Shown piece after piece: positions 46,721 to 59,445 of a stretch of DNA of 64,000 bases. A program made the position numbers and the translations under genes. The notes under the pieces are model-generated. The model worked only from the letters and a program-made list of their open reading frames with translations. It ran no database searches and was not told the DNA's origin. The DNA lies in assembly GCF_006345805.1 (NCBI RefSeq), contig NC_043005.1:1302001-1366000 (forward strand). The letters run 5' to 3'. Source of the stretch: Octopus sinensis. Its lineage: Eukaryota. Within the stretch, counting starts at the first letter, position 1; each line of letters opens with the position of its first letter.

Positions 46721-49674
46721 TAAAGTTGATCAAATCAACATCAGTTTCTTACAAATCTCTACCATACAGCAGTAATTTGTCTTTACTTTCTACACTTCTT
46801 ACAAAGGACAGAAACACTTAAATATTAGTTTGCAAATAGAATTGAGGATAATTACAACCGATGCTAGTATGGAAAACGGACGTTAAACAATGATATAACT
46901 TTGATAGGTTTCAGCCAGTACAGGCCCATGCAGCACCATCTGGTGGTGATATTCATGCATTACCAACTGGAAAATTAAATTGGGATATTATCAAGATATT
47001 GTCTTTAAAACTGTTGTTACAACACAGAACGGAAGTTAACTGAAGGCCAGGCAAATAATGAACAATACAGATAACTAAAGCTTACAAGTTAAAACTTTGC
47101 CATCAGACCATAACCAAATTATCATCGAATCTGTGCATCAATACTTAAGAATTGGAGTTGGGCAAAATTAGCAGAGAGGATCCTTGACAAAGGATATAAG
47201 AGATGATAATCTGCTCTGAGAGGCAATCAACATTTCCAACTGGCAGATTTTTTAACAAAACGGTATACTTGAAATACAATTGAACTAGTAGTAGTTAATG
47301 GTGAGGGCCAACTAATAGAACAAGAGGAAACAGAAATTATTTTTATGTGACTAAAAACCCATTTTTAAAAAACTCTGAAAAAGTAATTGAAGTGATATAA
47401 TGTTGGAAGAAATGGAGGAATTGATTTTGAAAATAAGAAAAATCTTAAGTATCAACTCATTATTGTGGATGAGTAAGTGTGACATGTAGCTTTAAGGTAA
47501 TTTCGACACAAAAACAACAATTTGAAAGGAATATGTATCTACTTCAGAGACTGATGGTCATTTTATATAGTGAGCTAGGGTTGTATAGTGCAGTCAGTTT
47601 ATATACACAAGTTATGATTGGGAGAATGGCTAGAGAGCAGATACTCATTCACTCAGAAAACGCAACAACATTGAATTATCGAATCCATTCAAGCCATGCA
47701 CATCAACATAAAATGAATATTAAATCAATGATGAGGAAGAGGAAGAGGAAAGATAAATAAATCTGGAACACACAAATTGTACTGAGTTTGGATGTCTACA
47801 GTTGTGCCATAAAGTTAAGTCAGCAGCCAGAACTGATAAGAAATCCATATCAAACAGATGTCCAATGGGAGACATCCATATGGTTCTTTTACCTGAAGCC
47901 ACCATATCTGGGAAAGAGCAACCGCTTCCCCATGGTTTGATAGCAATTGATTTTAGGAAGATGTATATCCAGCTGCACACACATGCAAGTGAATTGCCAC
48001 AAAGGAATAATAAAATAGAAATATATGTAAATTGAAAGAGACCCAAACTAATGAAACCATAGAATAAATGTATAGAGAGACAAACGCAAAGAAAAGAAAT
48101 GCAAGAGGTTGAGATAATGGATGTACCCAGATAAAAAAATATGGTTTAATTCACCAAGACACGAATGAATATCTACAACACACACACACATACATAAATC
48201 AGTATTCACAAATCCACAAGCAAACATCCATCTTTAAAATCCACCCAATCTGCCTAAACTCAATGTCCTCTCCAACCTGTATGTTACTCCAGCTCTCCAT
48301 AAACAATGTCCATTTGGATGAAGAAGCAACTGATGATGACATTGCCAAAGGACACTAAGTCATTAGTTCCCAGTGATACCAGATACGGAGCTGCAACTCC
48401 TTTTCAGCTCTCAATAATCTCAGCGCATCATTCACTAAAAAAGCTTTTTACAAGCCATCATGCCATCAAAAACAACAACCATTTGTCATGTTTACATTCA
48501 TCTTATTTCAGTTCTGCTGCATCTCTATTTCAGTTGCTATCCTCTTCTTCCTCCTTACTAGTCTCTCTCTCTATTTATACAGACTTCCTGTCTCTCCTCC
48601 TACCCTTCCCCCATCACTTTGCAACATAACTGATATGGAAGTGGACATTTCTTTTTGTTTTGGCATTTACTTATTTATCCCAGAATATCTTTGTTTATTT
48701 GTTGCATTAAAAGCACCTGTCGATTAACAAGATAAACTGAGTGTGTGTGTGTGTGTGTTACATGTAGCTGTTTTAAATACGTTATATGAGAGTATACTGG
48801 ATGGGGGTGGACTACAAGAGAGCTTTGTATGATAGGAGGAGGAGGAGGAGGAGTGATGAGCGCACTTTTGTGTTTATGCATGTGTACCAGATAAAGTTAA
48901 CAGAGAAATAGTTATGTCTATTAATCACTGGTGTGCATATGACATGACAAGCACGTAACTGCAAGTGTGAATCATTGCTGCTGCTGCTGCTGCTGCTGCT
49001 GCCATGCAACCTTCACTGCTATCCAAGCAAAGTCATCAGACACAATGATTTGACCTTCCTCAGACAGATCTAGCCTACATTTCACATTGACAACAGTCCA
49101 TTCTATTCATCTCTCTCTCACACACACACTCTCTATTTTAAATGGAAACTAATCTTAATAATTGTTCAGAGAAGAGTTAATGGGAATAGGTGTGAGCTGG
49201 TTACGGCTTGCCTAAAAGGTGTTTGTAAATAGATTTGAAACTCTGAATAGATGACAATCTGCCAGAGATTTGATTCTCAAAAAATTTCACTTCTTTTCCT
49301 TAATAAATGACATATGCAACAAAGTACAAATCCTCAAAGCACTAACAACACAAAACAAATATCAAGCTACGAAAAGTACAGGTTGTTGCAAAAAGTCATA
49401 TCTTCAAAAAATGCTTGTAGCATGATACCAGTTAATGACGACAATCACGATGATGATGATGAACTAACTATAAACTTACTGCAGATACAAAAGTGAACGC
49501 ATCAGACAGAATATGAACTACCTTTTAAATGGAAAATCTGAAAGCAAATCAGGCAGAGTTTGATTCTAAGTTGATTGTTTGTAGGTCTGTGGTTGTAGAG
49601 TGTAGGACAAAAGCCCCTCAGACAAAACCCCCATAGTTAAAGTGTGAAAGTGGACGAAACCTCCTCAGTTATAT

Positions 49675-50080
49675 TTTTCAGTCATTAGACTGTGGCCAAG
49701 ATGGGGGTACCGTCTTGAAGAATGTTTAGTTGAACATCGACCCCAGGGTGTTTTTTTTTCTCTTTTTACTTGTTTCAGTCATTAGACTACAGCCATGCTG
49801 GGGCCCTGCCTTGAAGAATTTTTAGTCAAATGTATCAATGCTCAAACTCTTTTTTTTTCCTTTTTCCTTGTTGCAGTTTATTAGACTACGGTCATGTTGG
49901 GACACCACCTTGAAGAATTTTTAGATGACTGTATGGAACCCAGGATATTTTGAAAGTCTGGTCAAAACCACCTCTGTGATATATTTTATCCCCTGCCTCC
50001 TTTGGTCTTGTTAAAAAATTAGACTGTGGCAATGCGGGGGAACTTCCTTGAAGAATTTTAAGTGGAATGTATCGACCCAA
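49675..50080 (-). repeat. Tandem array of four SINE 3'-tail units (~95-150-bp spacing)
   Basis: Repeated ttagact.(c/t)ggccatg.tggg....cttgaagaattttta units near 49676, 49765, 49862 and 50005. Confidence 0.8.
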
Positions 50081-51475
50081 AAATTATTTTAGGCGACTTT
50101 CAACCAATGCATGAACTTAAACCTAGGTCTTTCCATATGCTAGAAGTAACAGCCAAATCCTACAAATTTTTTTTAATAATTTCACATAAGCGGAAATGGA
50201 AATCACGATTGTAAAAATACTTTTATTTTCCAAAATTTTACTTTTTAAGTAAACAAAAATATATTCAATTAAAAATAGAATAACAGAACACAAGACTCTG
50301 CTACTCAATGTACACTTTATCTAAATTCTAACAAAAGGGAAAGCATTTACTTCAAGAAATGTGTAGAAAGATATAAATGATAAATATATTTGAAAAACTA
50401 GCCTTTCGTACCATAATTCTGTTCGACCTTCAACGGCCAGAGAAAGTTCAAAAGGTCAGCTCATTCTCATTAATCTCTAAGTGCAGAGAGAAGAAGACAA
50501 GACTTTCAATTTAAATTCTAAAATGCTGATTTTTCTGCGGCTAAAAAGTGTTGTATGCCCTGGCATGGCCACAGTCCAATGACTGAAACAAGAATTAAAA
50601 TTCTGGGTTTGTTTTATATCCTAATTGTTGCCTCTCTCTTAGGTAGTATTGTTCGTTGCACACAAGCACTCATGTTTTTTGCTCAAACAGACTTTAGTGC
50701 AATTTTTTAACCCCAAGGAGACATCTCCCCTAGCTGGTTAACACTGCACAGCTGCATCCGATACAGTGTGAGCAGGAGAATTGAACTCCTACCACATTCT
50801 AGCAACGGGACCAACACACAGTAATTCGAACAACTACCATTACGGCAACTTACGGGTCCAGTGCAAGTCCAACGTGGAACTAACACAACATGCTCTCAAC
50901 GACTCCTACTGATCTCTTGTCACAACCAATACACTACTCTTTATAAGAGTTTGGCTAGTCCATTCTTCCAATCCCCCAGGGGTGTCAATGACTCTCACCA
51001 CAACAGGTTAAGACATTCAACAAAAAATTCCTCAAGGTGGTGCCCCAGCATGGCCACAGTCCAATGACTGAAACAAGTGAAAAAAAGTTTAGAAAATAAA
51101 AAAAAAACACAAAATAACTAAATATATAACTGGGGTGAGGGGGATCTGCTTTCCCACTTTAACTAAGGGGAATTTGTCTGAGGTGGATATTGCCAGATCT
51201 CATGGTTATATGCAACTGAAACAGGCTTGTACTGCACAGAAATCAAGGGATCTGTTCACAAATAAATGTTGTGGCAACATTGCCATGGTAGAATGGTGTC
51301 AGCACATACCACTAAGGATTCCTGCACCAAGACTAACATGAGAACCTCAAATTAGCCAGACAAAACCTGATTGAAAAAAGCTGCTATTACTGCTGCTATT
51401 CACTAAGTTCCAAGTTCAAATTCTACCAAGTTGATTTTATCACCAGTACCCTTCTTCAAAATTGGTGGCCTTCTA

Positions 51476-51735
51476 CATCATCATCATCATCATCATCATT
51501 TAGCATCCGTTGTCTATGCTGGCATGGGTTGGATGGGTTGACCAGGGCTGGCACGCTGGAAGGCTGTACCAAACTCCAGTGTGATTTGGCATGGTTTCTA
51601 TGGCTGGATGCCCTTCCTAATCCCAACCACTTTGAGAGTGTAATGGGTGGTTTTACATGTCACCGGCACAGGTGCCATTTGTGTGACACTGGTATCTGCA
51701 ACAACTGCAATTTTACTTGGCTTGATGGGTCTTCT
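51476..51735 (-). mobile_element. RTE-family 3'UTR copy
   Basis: (CAT)n plus the family tail. Confidence 0.85.
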
Positions 51736-52023
51736 ACATATGACAGAAATACTGGCATTTTACACACAATGGTCTCTGTGGTGAAGTTGATGAAATTTGT
51801 ACAACACGCATCCCTTACATACATGCATTTATCTTTGAGAGGCAAAATCCCATCACAATATCTTCCCTTCATGAAAAACAGTCATTTTTAGATGTTCTGA
51901 TTCCTAAAAATGATAACAATATGAAAAGGAGATGAAGTCGAAGTTTAAATCTTTGGTGAATGAAGTTTACAGCAAATCTGATTATCAATCACGGTGATTT
52001 AAATTTATGACAAATAAATACAT

Positions 52024-52242
52024 TTAACCTTTTAGTAATTAAACTGGGCATCTCAGGCCTAAATGTTTGACCTGTTTTATGCTTTAACTGACCAAATCCA
52101 GCCTCCCACAGCTATCATGTCATTCTTAAGATAAACAATTACAACATCAAAATGTCAAAGCTTCAAGATGATCGCTGATAAATTCAAAACAATGTAAATA
52201 AATAAGCATCACGTTCAACGGAGCAATCTGAGCGTTAAAGGG
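52024..52242. mobile_element. Possible decayed piggyBac-like MITE
   Basis: ttaa-ccttttag at the left end and ttaaaggg at the right end resemble TTAA/CCC termini. The match is imperfect. Confidence 0.35.
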
Positions 52243-53944
52243 AGCAGCAAGCCATGGCCATCCCACTTGATTACTATTATTTCTTCTAAACAATAGAATG
52301 CCTTGCAGGATTTGTTCAAAACAAATTGTTCTGACTCTCAAATCTTGCCAAAGTCACCTTTGTCTTTCATTTTTCTAAGGGTCAACAGAGTGCCAGTCAA
52401 CTACTGGGATCGATTCGTCTCTTACTCTCTGAATCAGCTACCTTGTGCTATGATGCCCAGAGTTAGGGATGCTAGATGTTCCTTTTTTTCAAGAAATGGC
52501 AGAGCCAGGGGCTAGCAACATCTCAGAGAAAATCTTGGTATGCTGCGGAATCATCCAAAACTAGATCAGTGAGAAGTATTGTACAGAACAGAAAATAAAC
52601 AATGGTCATTCTTGCCAAGTCACTTGACTAACCAATATTCACCTCTCTTCTTTTTTTAGAAAAATAAAATCTCAGTTATTGTAAGAGTATATATCACACA
52701 ATCTGCCCCTTTCACCCTAATAATTTCTTTATAAGAACAAAGCCAGAGCAAATGTATTCTATAGCTTATCCTTCGGGTTCAATACTAACAATGACTTCTA
52801 TGTTTGGATCACTTCCTCAATTCCACGGGTATTTATCTGACTGACCTCCAGTGAATGAAGAGTAACATCAACCTCATGGCAATCTGAACTTATAGACAAA
52901 GATGGAACTCAACACCAGAGAATATTTTATCTGCCACTGTCAACTCTGTTAGTCACCATGGTAACACTGATTTCTTACGTGTTTCGACTGTAGCCTGTTG
53001 GTGATCATAAAATTTGGCACAAAAGAAGTACAAGATGAGCAAGACCTACCCAGTCATTATAGGTAGGAACTTTACTATCACTGCTACACACAAGTTGGTG
53101 TTGCTGCTACACACACACACACACACATTTCACTCGTCCACATGCTAACAACCACTAACCTATATGTGTGGATTCTTTAATCTATCTCAGTTATCACAAA
53201 TCCAACAGCTTCTGCTTGAACTTTTTCCTAATCCATTCTTGCCAGAAGTCTTCTTGCTCACATTTTTGCGTACAGCTGAACCGAGTGAAATGGTCAGCAA
53301 AGTTGATAGCAGTACCTTAACTAAATAATGTTTTTCCCCATTAAACTAAGTTTTAAAAGAGTCACTCTGTAAAATTTACATAAAGGAAAATAAAAAAAAA
53401 TATGAAATTCAATATTTTTCTAATGCTTTGAGCAGACTAAAAGTTCCAAAGGTAAATCAAAACCATTTTATAGAAATAACAACACAAAACCCAGTCATAT
53501 ATTCATAAGAGAAATCTTCCATGATGACTTACTGTTGTTGTTGTTCCTATATTTCTGCCTTGCTTTGACCCCATTAACAAACTTGTTCAATGAAACCATC
53601 ATAGGACATAGGGGTTAGAAACAAAATAGAAATCCTCTCCTGTATATGGATTACTTAAAAAAAAAAAATTCACAAAGAATAATAACTATAATTTAGAAAA
53701 CCTTCCAAAAAATTGTCCATACTTTTCACCAAAGACATCAGATTCAACAAATGTGCCAAAGCAAAATTAAGAAGAGCGAAATTAACCAACGCTAGTAATG
53801 TTACACAAAGCATGGTCAGTGAAATTAACAAATTACATCATAACCACCCATACAAATACATAGAAATAGATGAAACAGAAGAAAAATATCAGAAAAAATA
53901 CAAAAGAAAATTAGGAAAGAATACTATAAAAGACTTAGATTATT

Positions 53945-54150
53945 ATTGGTTTCAAATTTTGGCACAGGGCCAGCAATTTCAGGGGAGTGGGTACATTGAT
54001 TGCAAAGCTCAATGGTATTTCTTTAATCAACCCCAAAAGGATGAAAGGCAAAGCCAACCACAGAGGAATTTGAACTCAGACATAAAGACAAATGATATGC
54101 TGCTAAGCATTTTGCTCAGTGTGCTAACAACTCTGCCAGCTCGCTGCCTT
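53945..54150 (-). mobile_element. SINE, second family
   Basis: Reverse complement of the 31005-31166 type (ggatgaaaggcaaag, ggaatttgaactcag). Confidence 0.75.
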
Positions 54151-54164
54151 TCAAATTAAAAAAT

Positions 54165-54560
54165 GAACTCAATGCTAAAAAATAACCTTAGAAACAATAA
54201 CTCTGAGCACCTTTTCAAACTCCACCCGTCTAACACCCGTGGACATATTTACAAAGTCAGAAAACAGCACAGCTCCCATGACTTTAGGAAACATTTTTTC
54301 ACGCTGCGAGTTGCTGAAGCATGGAACAAACTGCCGGCATCGGTTGTTAGTTGTCGGAGCACTGCATCCTTCAAAACTTCCATGCTTCCTGAGATTCGCC
54401 AACACTACACCTGATTTCCTCCCCTCCATACACACACAAGCATGTATCTGACTCATACATTGTTCGCTTTCCAGACATTTGTACATTACTGCATATACTT
54501 TATACGCACTTTCTGACAAGTTGTGGAGCACCTGAGCATTGTATACAATAATTTCATTAT
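54165..54560 (+). mobile_element. CR1 LINE 3' end
   Basis: NTRGHIYKVRKQ..DFRKHFFTLRVAEAWNKLPASVV...SFK, then a 3'UTR ending in a cattatt tail. Confidence 0.88.
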
Positions 54561-55104
54561 TTAATTATTTTATTTAGATAAGATATCAGGGATAAATACA
54601 CCAGCCATACCAGTCATAAAGTACATTTTCAATATAATAAAATGAAACTTGAGTGAATTGAAAAACTTTAGAAAAACCAGGAAAATACAGACAGTATACC
54701 AAATGAGATATAGACAGAATCTACCTACCCTGTACACAAGAAAGACATGGCCTAACAGAAATACTTAGAAACAAAGAATGGAAGGTTTATAAATGTAATA
54801 AAGAAACTTGAAAAGAACAAAAAATGCTCTTCTCTAGACACAAGGAAATGATAGGATACAAAGTGGAAATAGACTGAAACAATAAATTTAGATAACACAA
54901 CAAACAATATGAAGATAAACTATGAAACTTGAAGGAAAACTACTCGGTGGCCAATACCCTGCAAGGCAGACAGAGAAGAAGTAAAGCAAAGGGGAAAAAA
55001 CAGACATGACTCAAAAGCAGGAATAGATAAAGTGATCTTTGCTGCATAAGACCAATGTCTGGCAGAGACAAGTATAAGTCTAAAATCATGACAATGAATC
55101 CTCA

Positions 55105-55492
55105 TCTCTTCTCTCTCTATATAAACGGCAGTTTGTCTGTGCATTTTCTGTGTGTCTGTTTTCTCGTACCCTCACTCTGACCACGGCTTTCAACCGATTC
55201 TGATGAAACTTGACACACACATAGCCCAATGTCATAATTCAAAACTAACGCAGCGAAAATTTTGAAAAGTTCCCCCAGTTCTGAAAAAAATCGATAAATT
55301 CGACATGGGGTCGAGAATCAGAAACCCAAAGCACAGACCGTCTAGGGGACGCAACTCCACCTTTTTTAACTCTCAAAAAAATTTACCATCATTTTTTTTC
55401 CATTTTTTTGCTATTTTTTGGCTATAACTCTCTAAAAATGCTTTATTGTTATTTCCCTTACAAACCTGAGCAACGCCGGGCGATACTGCTAG
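55105..55492 (+). mobile_element. Non-autonomous Helitron
   Basis: A|TC start at 55105. Subterminal hairpin cctgagcaacgccggg, then a CTAG|T end at 55492. No TSD. Confidence 0.82.
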
Positions 55493-56258
55493 TACCAAAT
55501 AAAAGATGTATAAGCAACACAATAAAACATTGAACATCATATCTGGGTATCCAATCCTTGCCAAATCGGAATATGTACAGAGGTGGTTGTGTTGGCAGCT
55601 ACATCCACTGGGCAATATGCCAACACTTCAATGTGAAAATGAATAAGAAGTGGTACAAGTATGATATATAACAATGATCTGGTTACAATAGTTTGTGATA
55701 TGTCTGTACAAACTGACAAAGAAATTAAGGTAAACCATCCAAACATACTAAAAACAAAACCCATGCACACTCGATAGACATTACAATATCTTCTGATGAA
55801 AATATTTCTTGTAAATAAGAGAAAAAAACTATCAAAATAGAAGAACCTTGAAATTGAAATATTTAATATGTGGGACATGAGGGTGCAAACAATACCATGA
55901 GTAATTGGAGCTCTAGGTATGCATTTGGAAAGTATGAAAAAAACAACATAGAAACCAGATCAAGAATCACAACACTATACACTTCCCAATAAAATAGCTG
56001 CACAAGGAACAGCCCACATCTTGCACAATTCAATAGAATAGCTTAAATAGAACAAACTTCACATACACCCTATACAATAAAGCACTTAATAATTTAAAGC
56101 AGGGGTGTCAAACTCAATCGCACAAGGGGCCAAAACTCAAATTACACTTAAGGTTGCGGGCCGAACTGGATAATCAATCATTAAGCAGTAGAAAACTAAA
56201 CCCTTTTTTAAACAATAATATGAATTAAAACAGACAAAAGTTGAAATAATACCAATTT

Positions 56259-58400
56259 TCAGTCTGATGCCAATTTGTTAGAGCTGGATGTTTGGCATCT
56301 TTTCTTGGCAACAAGTGCGTCTATGTTTGGAATAAGGTTCTTCTGTGTTATGGAGATTCTCAGAATGGACGGCAGGTGTTCATCAGTGAGATGACTCCTG
56401 TGTGATGTTTTGTTAATCTTCATCAAAGAGAACAGCTGTTCACACAGATATGTGCTACAAAATATGCTCAAGATTTGAGCCACATGTAGACGAAGCTGGG
56501 GCATCTCTTTAGGAATGAAATGAGAACTGTGCAGGCCCCACAGTGTTGTACTCTGCCTTTAGTGCCCCATTACACTGCAGCCCTATGAACTCCATCTGCA
56601 AATGTACAGGTGAAGTTTCCATGTCGATGGCAAACAGGTTGTAAAACAGCTTGAAACTACTTTCTTGTACTTCAAAGTCACTAAAACGCCATGCAAAGTT
56701 AGCGTGAAGTGAGCTCAGTTTTTCAGCAAAGTGTGCATTCGGGAACCCCATGCCACTGACTTGGTTCAACATTGCTTTGTAACAAGGAAAGTGAGACAAG
56801 TTGCATGGATGCACTTGTGTCTCTCAAGTGCAGCTTCACTTGAAATACCTTCACTGCATCATGCATATCAGTGATCAAGTGGCCCCTGTCCCTGGAACTG
56901 CAGGTTCTAGACACTGAGATGAGTAATTATGTCAGATAGAAATGCCAGCTCACATTTCCACTTTTCATCCTGCAAAACTGTGGAGTCTTTTCCCTTTGTT
57001 GTCCATGAACTGGCAGACTTCCTCGATCAGCAGGAAAACAATACTGAGAATGTTTTCCCCAACTTAGCTACCGCACTTCTGTATGATAAGGCTTGTCACC
57101 AAATGCTGAATCTATTTCCTGAAAAAAAAGGACTGAAATTGGTGGTGATTTAAATCTTTGGCTCTGATAAAGTTGATGGTTTATGTTACAGTGGTCATTA
57201 CATGTTCCATGTTGAGAACGGATCTTTTCAGTTTCAACGGCAGTTTTTAACATAATTTCTAGGTAACTAAAAAATTTTAAACTTCATATATTGGTAGAAT
57301 GTGTTTATAAAACATCTTTTTCTCTTGGCTTTATTGAGAAAATTCTATAGTTTGTAAGATATTTTCTTCAATTTTGGCAATTTCAACCAATCAATGACGT
57401 GTATTTGAGGTGAAAACATTCTGTGCCATATGAATATGTCCCTTGTTTAAGAAACAGATTGGGTTTATTTACATTTCTGAAGAAAAAAGATACCTTTCCC
57501 CCCTACCCCTAACCCTAAAACAGATTGAAATGCAATAGATCGATACTAGGGTCATAATTATGGGTGACAATTTCATATGACATTGCTAGAAAAAACTGCC
57601 GTTCAAACCGAAAAGATCCTTGAGAACTTTACCACACAGCGACCTTTGTGTATGATGCAATGATACACCATCAACTCACCAGTACAGTCCTTCCTACTAG
57701 TCCACTTTTTTTGCCACACATCACAGGTACTTTATCTGTTGTAAGTCCAACAAGTTTGCCCCAAGGCAGGTTCTTCATGTCCAATATTTCTACTGTAACA
57801 TTTAAACTGGAGGCCACTGCATGGATAAAGATGGTGAGCTGTGTAGTGTCAGTCGCATCATTACTTTTATCGATAGCAAGAGAGCATGCAACAAAGTCTT
57901 TGCCTTTTTTGATCAGCTGTGTTTTCACATCAGTGGCCATCTCACAAACTTGATCAGCAATTGTATCTCTGCTAAGGTTTACATTTGCAAACATCTGCTT
58001 TTTGTCTGGGCGCAAGACATCACACACTTTCATCAAGCAATTCTTCAGAAACTCTCCCTCAGTAAATAGTCAGGCTGATTTGGCAATATCCTCTGCCACA
58101 ATAAGACTTGCTTTCACAGCAGCTTCACTTTGGTATTTTGCTTTGGTGAAAAATATCTGCTGTGATGTTAGGTTCCTCTTCAATTCTTCTACCTTCTGTA
58201 GCTTCTGTTCTGCATTCAAGATTTTCAGTTTGTCTTGATGATTAGTCTCGTAGAGCCATCTTAGATTATATTCCTTGATCACAGTCACATTATCTCCACA
58301 AATTAGACACAGGTTTACAGCCAATATCAGTAAACATATATTGAGCCTCCCAGTGGCTTTGAAAGGCTCTGTTTCCAGAATCAACTTTTCTCTTAGCCAT
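56259..58400 (-). pseudogene. hAT transposase pseudogene
   Basis: ATG at 58400 to stop at 56259, with multiple frameshifts and a 400-bp MITE insertion. Confidence 0.85.
57220..57619. mobile_element. 400-bp MITE with ~29-bp TIRs and an 8-bp TSD (Merlin-type termini)
   Basis: TIRs ggatcttttcagtttcaacggcagttttt and aaaaactgccgttcaaaccgaaaagatcc. Perfect TSD ttgagaac at 57212-57219 and 57620-57627. Confidence 0.9.
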
Positions 58401-58419
58401 TTAATAGCTAGATTTGATT

Positions 58420-59445
58420 TAAGATGGCCCTGCTCAATCTGTAGGAAAGGCATAGATAGAAACTCATGCAGCAATATCAGAGGAAGGTTAACTGGGAAAA
58501 TAGTCTTTGTGCGTGGAAGGTGCAAAGATACAATAAACACTAAAAATATACCGCAAAATAGACTCAATCAACTAGCAGGGGGCTAAGTGGGAGGTAGTTG
58601 ATAGCTTCTGATATTTAAGTGACCAAGTCAGTAGAGGAGGTGGATGCTCTGAAAGCATAGTTGCGAGAACAAGAATAAGTTGGGCAAGGTTCAGAGAGTT
58701 CTTGCCTTTGTTGGCAACAAAGGGTCTCTCCCTCAGAGTGAAAGGTAGATTGTATAATGCATGTGTATGAACAGCAATGCTACATGGCAGTGAAACATGG
58801 GCTGTGACTGCCAAGAACATGTGTAAGCTTGAAAGAAATGAAGCTAGCATGCTTCACCGGATATGCAATGTCAGTGTGCATGTACAACTGAGTATAAGCA
58901 TCTTGAGAGAAAAGTTGGGCATAAGAGGCATCAGATGTGGTGTGCAAGAAAGACAACTATGTTGGTATGGTCACATGATACATATAGATGAGGACAGCTG
59001 TGTAAAGAAGTGCCAATCTTTAACTGTGGAGGGAACTTGTGGTAGAGGTAAATCCAGTAAGACATGGGACAAAGTGGTGAAGAATGATCTTCAAACATTG
59101 GGCCTCATGGAGGCAATAACTGGCGATCAAGACTTTTGGTGATATGCCATGCTTAAGAAGACCCATCAAGCCAAGTGAAATCATAGTCGTGACTAATGCC
59201 TGTGTCACATAACTGGCATCTGTACTGATGGCACATAAAAAAAAACACCATTTGAGCATTGGACCTCATACAGGCAATGTGGCCAAATAACTAGCATCCA
59301 GTATACTTTTTGAGTGGTTGACATTAGGAAGAGTATCTAGCTGTAGAAATCATGCCAAATCAGACTGGAGTCAGGTGCGGCCTCTCAGCTTACTAGCCCT
59401 GGTCCAACAGTCCAACCTATGCCTGCATGTTAAATGATGATGATA
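58420..59445 (+). mobile_element. RTE-clade LINE 3' part
   Basis: RWPCSICRKGI, MLHGSETWAVT, WYGHMIHI and GRGKSSKTW, then the 3'UTR and (TGA)n. Confidence 0.92.

Larger units (their letters stand above)
53700..56035 (+). mobile_element. Old R4/Dong-like RLE LINE, interrupted by a SINE, a CR1 and a Helitron
   Basis: Remnants DIRFNKCAK..L.R and YKYIEI; IFAA.DQCL; HISGYPILAKSEY; DMSVQTDKEIKVNHPNI; and KNLEIEI..MW.M..TIP.VIGALG. Confidence 0.65.
56100..58410 (-). mobile_element. hAT transposon (Charlie/GTF2IRD2-like), decayed; 5' end interrupted by an RTE
   Basis: Terminus CAGGGGTGTCAAACTC at 56100. Transposase reads MAKRKVDSGNRAFQ..W..CLICG..KEYNLR, SLAIDKS.D.TDT.QL.IFI, TTD..P.MCGKKSGLVG, YHTEVR and STYLCEQLFSLMKINK. 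Confidence 0.9.

Noticed and set aside
47893-47972. Possible minus-strand exon (LDIHLPKINCYQTMGKRLLFPRYGGF)
   Set aside because: Weak acceptor and donor, no recognisable protein, and opposite strand to the better candidates.
50445-50458. DR2 nuclear-receptor-like site AGTTCA-aa-AGGTCA
   Set aside because: A single 14-bp match is plausible by chance in 64 kb, and there is no supporting context.
55195-55215. ctgatgaaac in the Helitron
   Set aside because: No stem II between the motifs; it reads as Helitron-internal sequence.
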